Source: Octopus bimaculoides (taxonomy: Eukaryota). Taken from it: a stretch of DNA of 56,730 nucleotides. Made by a program: the position numbers and the translations under genes. Under the pieces are notes generated by a model, which searched no databases, had not been told where the DNA came from, and saw nothing but the letters and a program-made list of their open reading frames with translations. The DNA lies in the NCBI RefSeq assembly GCF_001194135.2, contig NC_068981.1, positions 123,402,793 through 123,459,522 of the forward strand. Direction: 5' to 3'. Every line of letters begins with the position of its first letter. The first letter of the stretch is position 1. Positions 52,179-56,730 of this stretch are shown here, one piece after another.

Positions 52179-52252
52179 GTGGATGGAATGTAATGCCACA
52201 GCACCTTATGGTAATTTTTGCGTGTATATATGTGTGTGCATGTATGTATGAA

Positions 52253-52590
52253 GGCACATGGCTGAACCGTTAGAGCGTGGGGTTCAGAATCATGAGGTAG
52301 TGAGTTCGATTCCCGGACCGGGCTGTATGTTGAGATTTAAGGCAAGACACTTTAATGCACGTTGGTATGGTTCACTCAGTTGCAGATATTAGTTGCGACG
52401 TCACTGGTATCAAGGTGTATCAGTCTTTGCCTTTCCCTTGGATAACATCGATAGCGTTGAGAGGGGAGGCTGATATGCATGGGCGACAGCTGGTCTTCCA
52501 TAAACAACCTTGCCCGGATTGTTCCTCAGTGAGGAACTTTCTAGGTGCGAGCGGATGGTCATTTATGACTGAAGGGTCTGTACCCTTGAT
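52253..52590 (+). mobile_element. tRNA-derived SINE family C
   Basis: A-box-like tggctgaaccgttag, B box gagttcgattccc, then ggcaagacacttt core-like segment. Confidence 0.75.
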
Positions 52591-52779
52591 GTAGCTATAT
52601 ATTATATATGTGAGCACATGCTCATATATATGCACATATACAAACGTATATGTAAGTGTATATGCAAGCGATGTGAGATAATCGTTTTTAACGATGATAC
52701 GCGTAATTCAATCTATGATAAGAGTTTGTAGAATATTGAATTTAAAAAGAAGCATACTGGGGAAATCCAAAAGATTTCT

Positions 52780-53050
52780 AACCCACTATTCTACACGCTT
52801 TGCTTACTTGCTTAAGGCAGTCCATCTTGACAGATGACGATGTCGTATTTGATCCTGAGGGGTTGTTTTGATGGCGTTGGCAGGCCCTCTCTTGACTGAA
52901 AAGGTCGATTCTGGGGGTATATGTCCGATTACACTGAGAGCAGCGAAGAGGGCCCCGACGAAGATGAGCTCGTCTAGGCTTTTGCTGATGTTCCTTGAGC
53001 TGTTATTTTTGTGTATGCGTGGGGGTTAACGGATTAATTTAAATATAAGT
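52780..53050 (-). mobile_element. Possible ORF1-tail fragment related to the 33 kb element
   Basis: Shares short motifs (gaacatcagcaa; ...tgtcaag.tgg.c) and C/A-rich minus-strand composition. Confidence 0.3.
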
Positions 53051-53078
53051 GATATTTTCCGAAACGTTTCACCGAATG

Positions 53079-53124
<46 letters not shown>

Positions 53125-53128
53125 CACC

Positions 53129-53159
<31 letters not shown>

Positions 53160-53164
<5 letters not shown>

Positions 53165-54700
53165 CAATTATAATTCACCATAGAATACAGCAGTAAACAA
53201 CTCCTTTTTCTTGACATCCTAATTAAAATAGTCAATAACCACATCGAAACAGTCATCTTCTACAAACCCACAGATTCTGAACAATACCTATTATTCAACT
53301 CATGCCACCCTAAACACATGAAAATGAATATACCTTATAATCTAGCGAAAAGAATCTGTACCATAGTTTCGGACACTTGTACTCGTGAACGAAGACTTCT
53401 TGAACTCAGATCAAAAGACATTACCCAATATCATTAATAAATGATGGAATTAAACGAGCTAAAGAAATAGATATACGAACATTAAGGGAAGTCAACTGAA
53501 ATACTAAAGCAGACTTAAAAATAGTCCCATACATCTCCACACATAACCCTATAAACAACGAAGACTTTAACATTATCATCCAAAATCTACCCATCCTCAC
53601 AAGAGATAAAACAATGAACAAAATTTTAGGCTCACACAAAATTATCAAAAGCAAAATGCAACCTAAATCATTGAAAAAATATTAACCACCGCAATACTAT
53701 ATCCATTAACAATAGAACCAAAGGTGAAAAAATGTAGTCGACCTAACTGTGGTACTTGCCCCCACCTTTTGGAGGGTTCAAGGTGAAATATTTAAGATTA
53801 AATCAAATTTCACCTGTGCCTCGGAAAATCTAATCTATGCCATTACATGCTTAGGGCGTTGTAATAATTATACTGGCCAAACAGGAATATCACTTCGTCG
53901 AAGAACCACTCTCTACAAAGAGCAAATCCGCCACGCACAATACAGACATATACAGGTCAGTGGACACATTGAAAGGTGTGCGAGGAATCTTAATCCTAAT
54001 TTCCTATTTTTCCCTTCTATCAATGTTCACAGAACACCTCAATACAAGAAAGAATGAATAAAGAAGCAACTTCCTTCAATAACTATCTTCCACAACTAAA
54101 TATGAACACATAACATTATACAAAACACTACTAACATTTCAATTCATACCACTAACACCCATACATCCCATACACCATTCACATTACAGATCTATATCTA
54201 CCCTAATTGCACCAGATCCAGAAATACTTACCTCCCTTACACATAATCTTTTTTACTCCGGGACTAGTTGATTTGACACCGTTCAGTAATTGGTGTGCAT
54301 TCAAAGCAATGATTAATAACATTACGAAATCGGTATGCGTTTTAATCTCTAACAATTCACAATAATGACTTTTATTACTCTTATTCCTACCTCAGTTCAT
54401 CTAATTGTATATATTTATCATTACTTTTCATAAAAAGCCTTTACTTTTTTTGATTTCCAACGTGCATTTTTGCTTATTTTTCTTGTTACTTCCCCCTACA
54501 TTTCCACGTGTATTTTTTATTTTGTTTTTGTAACATATTGCTATGATATATATATATACATATGACGGGATTCTGCGCCCTATTTTCGACTAAAAATTAA
54601 ATACAGAAGGCTGAAAGCACCACTTAGTATGAAAATAATTTCCGAAGTTTCGAAACTGAAACATCATCAATTTATACATAACTTCCAAATTTAGATGTTT
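53160..54700 (+). mobile_element. Penelope-like element (Neptune-like): RT thumb, Cys linker and GIY-YIG, 5'-truncated
   Basis: FTIEYSSKQLLFLDILI...YKPTDSEQYLLFNSCHPKH..NIPYNLAKRICTIVS; KKCSRPNCGTC; FTCASENLIYAITC...YTGQTG.SLRRR. Frameshifted; 3' boundary approximate. Confidence 0.92.
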
Positions 54701-55232
54701 TAAGTGAAGTACATACAAGTCTGCTTTTTTAATTATTACATTGAGTACGTTTATTGTGTATATACAATAGGAAAACTTGTATGTTCTAGTGAAAACCACA
54801 AGTCTATTGTCAGAGCTTTTTGCGATATAAGTAGCGATATTCGATGCAAATATTGACGTAGGATTTCGTTGTTATTAAAAATTCATTTCCCACTTTTGAT
54901 TGGCGATTACAACATCCGTGTACTAAAGGCCTCATATACAAAGCCATATATAATTACTGCACCAAAGCGTCAGATCCCGCTGCTGTTTTCTATAGAGACA
55001 CAATTAAGTAACAATAGTAATCAAATGCTAACAGTGGAAACTACCAACACTGTAGAAAACGTAGATTATCTAATTGAATGAATATCACTCAACACGCCGC
55101 TAGTCTTCTGAGAAAAGATCAACGGTTTGATATATTTGGTTTGGAGAGAATTTTTGAAATATGTTAAGTGATCCACGAGCAAGTAAAATGGCATGGACCA
55201 TGATGTCATAAAGCAAATAGAATAAAGCTGAT

Positions 55233-55234
<2 letters not shown>

Positions 55235-55289
<55 letters not shown>

Positions 55290-55311
55290 TATTATTATTT
55301 TTTATTATTAT

Positions 55312-55350
<39 letters not shown>

Positions 55351-55561
55351 AAACAATAATGATGTTGATAATAACAGCAACAACATCGTCAACAAGAACA
55401 AGAGAACCAACAGCAGTAACAATAGTAATTAATAACAAGAACAACAACAACAATAATAATAATAATAATTATTATTATTATTATTATTATTATTATTGTT
55501 ATTATTATTATTATCATTATTATTATTATCATTATTATTATTATTATCATTATTATTATTA
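55235..55561. repeat. Compound microsatellite (TTA)n-(TAG)n-(AAC)n-(AAT)n-(TAT)n
   Basis: Read directly; source of the poly-N/poly-Y ORF. Confidence 0.95.
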
Positions 55562-55564
55562 TAG

Positions 55565-55640
55565 AACTAGGCCAGCAATTTTAAGGAGTCAATAGCCGAC
55601 CACAGTGCTTGGTTGGTACTGCAATTTATCGTCCCTCAAA
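55565..55640 (-). mobile_element. SINE family A 3' fragment
   Basis: aggccagcaatttt...gaccacagtgc...tggtact...tttatcg. Confidence 0.55.
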
Positions 55641-55724
55641 CAGTAGCACTCAAATAATGGGATTGATTGTATCAACTATTCCACACTTCTTCAAACTCCC
55701 AGCGTTGTTTCTGAATAGGAAACC

Positions 55725-55733
55725 ATTATTATT

Positions 55734-55769
<36 letters not shown>

Positions 55770-55780
55770 GCTGTTGTTGC

Positions 55781-55856
<76 letters not shown>
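55725..55856. repeat. (TTG)n(TTA)n tract: 3' tail or target of the Dong-like element
   Basis: Read directly; source of the poly-Leu ORF. Confidence 0.95.
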
Positions 55857-56466
55857 TACTTTTACTCTGCGTGTGTGTTACAATCACTTACCAAGGCACA
55901 CCCAGTATCATGGGGTGAGTAAAGGATAAGAGGTGGTACAGCATGACTGAAAGCTGGGGTGGAGGATTGTCAAGGGCAGTAGTGAAATACCTTCATGTAA
56001 TGCATTACAGGCATTTAAATGGTTAGCGTTTATCTAAGGATGTGGGCAGTACTTGTCAGCACTATATTTTGTATCTTTCTGGGACATGCTGGGATCTTAT
56101 CTAGATGTTTTCTCACATCATTAAGAACACTTACATCTGTTAGTCTTCAAGTATTTTCTTTCGTCTTTAATTATTATGTCTGGTCGATTAGATTGGGTCG
56201 TTTTGTCTGTGTTGACTGGAAAATCCCAGAGGATAGTGACATTTTTATCTTCAACGACTGGCTCAGGATGATGTTCATATCACTAAGCAGGAGTGCTGGT
56301 TTTATAGCGTTTATATATCTTCCAATGTAAATACTGTCCAACCCTATCATGGCGATTTTTGCATTCGTTTGGTGTCAGCACAGGCCATCCCGAGATGAGA
56401 TGGTCAATTGTTCTGTCAAATGTGTCGCAGAATCTGCATCTATGGTCAAAACCGCTTTGAAGAACG
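55857..56466 (-). mobile_element. R4/Dong-clade LINE 3' end (zinc knuckle plus restriction-like endonuclease), 5'-truncated
   Basis: CRFCDTFDRTIDHLISGW...RHDRVGQYLHW; YEHHPEPVVEDKNVTILWDF...NRPDIIIKD; TDVSV; IQNIVLTSTAHILR*TLTI* ending at 56015. (TAA)n on both sides. Confidence 0.92.
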
Positions 56467-56475
56467 TTATTATCA

Positions 56476-56537
<62 letters not shown>

Positions 56538-56555
56538 ATTATTATTATTATTATT
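56467..56555. repeat. (TTA)n tract between two Dong-like elements
   Basis: Read directly. Confidence 0.95.
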
Positions 56556-56730
56556 CAGTAGTTTTATTTTTATAACGTGCTTTCACTTCACTACCGAGCG
56601 CAGCTCTGTGCGCCTTGGGTATGTGCTGTGGTTTGCTGTGGTGCTCTTATGTTTACTGTATTGAAAGTGTTTTGCGTAGAATGTGTGCAGTACCCAGTAG
56701 TGCAATTTTCTGTATGTTATATATATTTGT
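56556..56730 (-). mobile_element. 3' end of a second R4/Dong-clade LINE; continues beyond the window
   Basis: NIYNIQKIALLGTAHILRKTLSIQ* (stop at 56653-55), a 97-bp UTR, then (TAA)n. Confidence 0.9.

Noticed and set aside
54625-54665. Possible hammerhead in the second PLE (tatgaaaataatttccgaag; also gaaacgtt at about 53064)
   Set aside because: No CTGANGA core and no closing stem I; at most a decayed relic.
1-56730. CRISPR arrays, operons or prokaryotic defence systems
   Set aside because: The sequence is eukaryotic and repeat-derived; no repeat-spacer arrays or gene-dense tracts.

Overview
AT-rich, repeat-dense eukaryotic genomic DNA with seven N-gaps, most of them bordered by microsatellites. 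The tRNA-derived SINE families, dense di/tri/tetranucleotide microsatellites and transposon mix look like a coleoid cephalopod (Octopus-like) genome; this is inferred from sequence style, not verified. No host gene can be supported with confidence: most ORF-track entries are microsatellite, gap or chance frames, and only weak exon candidates exist near 19.7-21.2 kb. The window is mostly decayed mobile elements recognised by manual translation: R4/Dong-type LINEs next to (TAA)n tracts at both ends, two mariner remnants, Tx1/L1-like ORF1 and ORF2 pieces, an RTE 3' end, two Penelope-like elements, a maT-like fragment, a Tigger-like transposase, an internally deleted Helitron and about 25 SINE copies. 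Best leads: (1) a minimal type I hammerhead ribozyme motif at 11995-12055 behind a Penelope-like GIY-YIG ORF; (2) two different Dong-like 3' ends stacked in one (TAA)n tract at 55.7-56.7 kb; (3) a TA-flanked mariner derivative built from two inverted 5' ends at 2966-3776; (4) a dimeric SINE with the same linker at two loci. Boundaries of degenerate elements are approximate.
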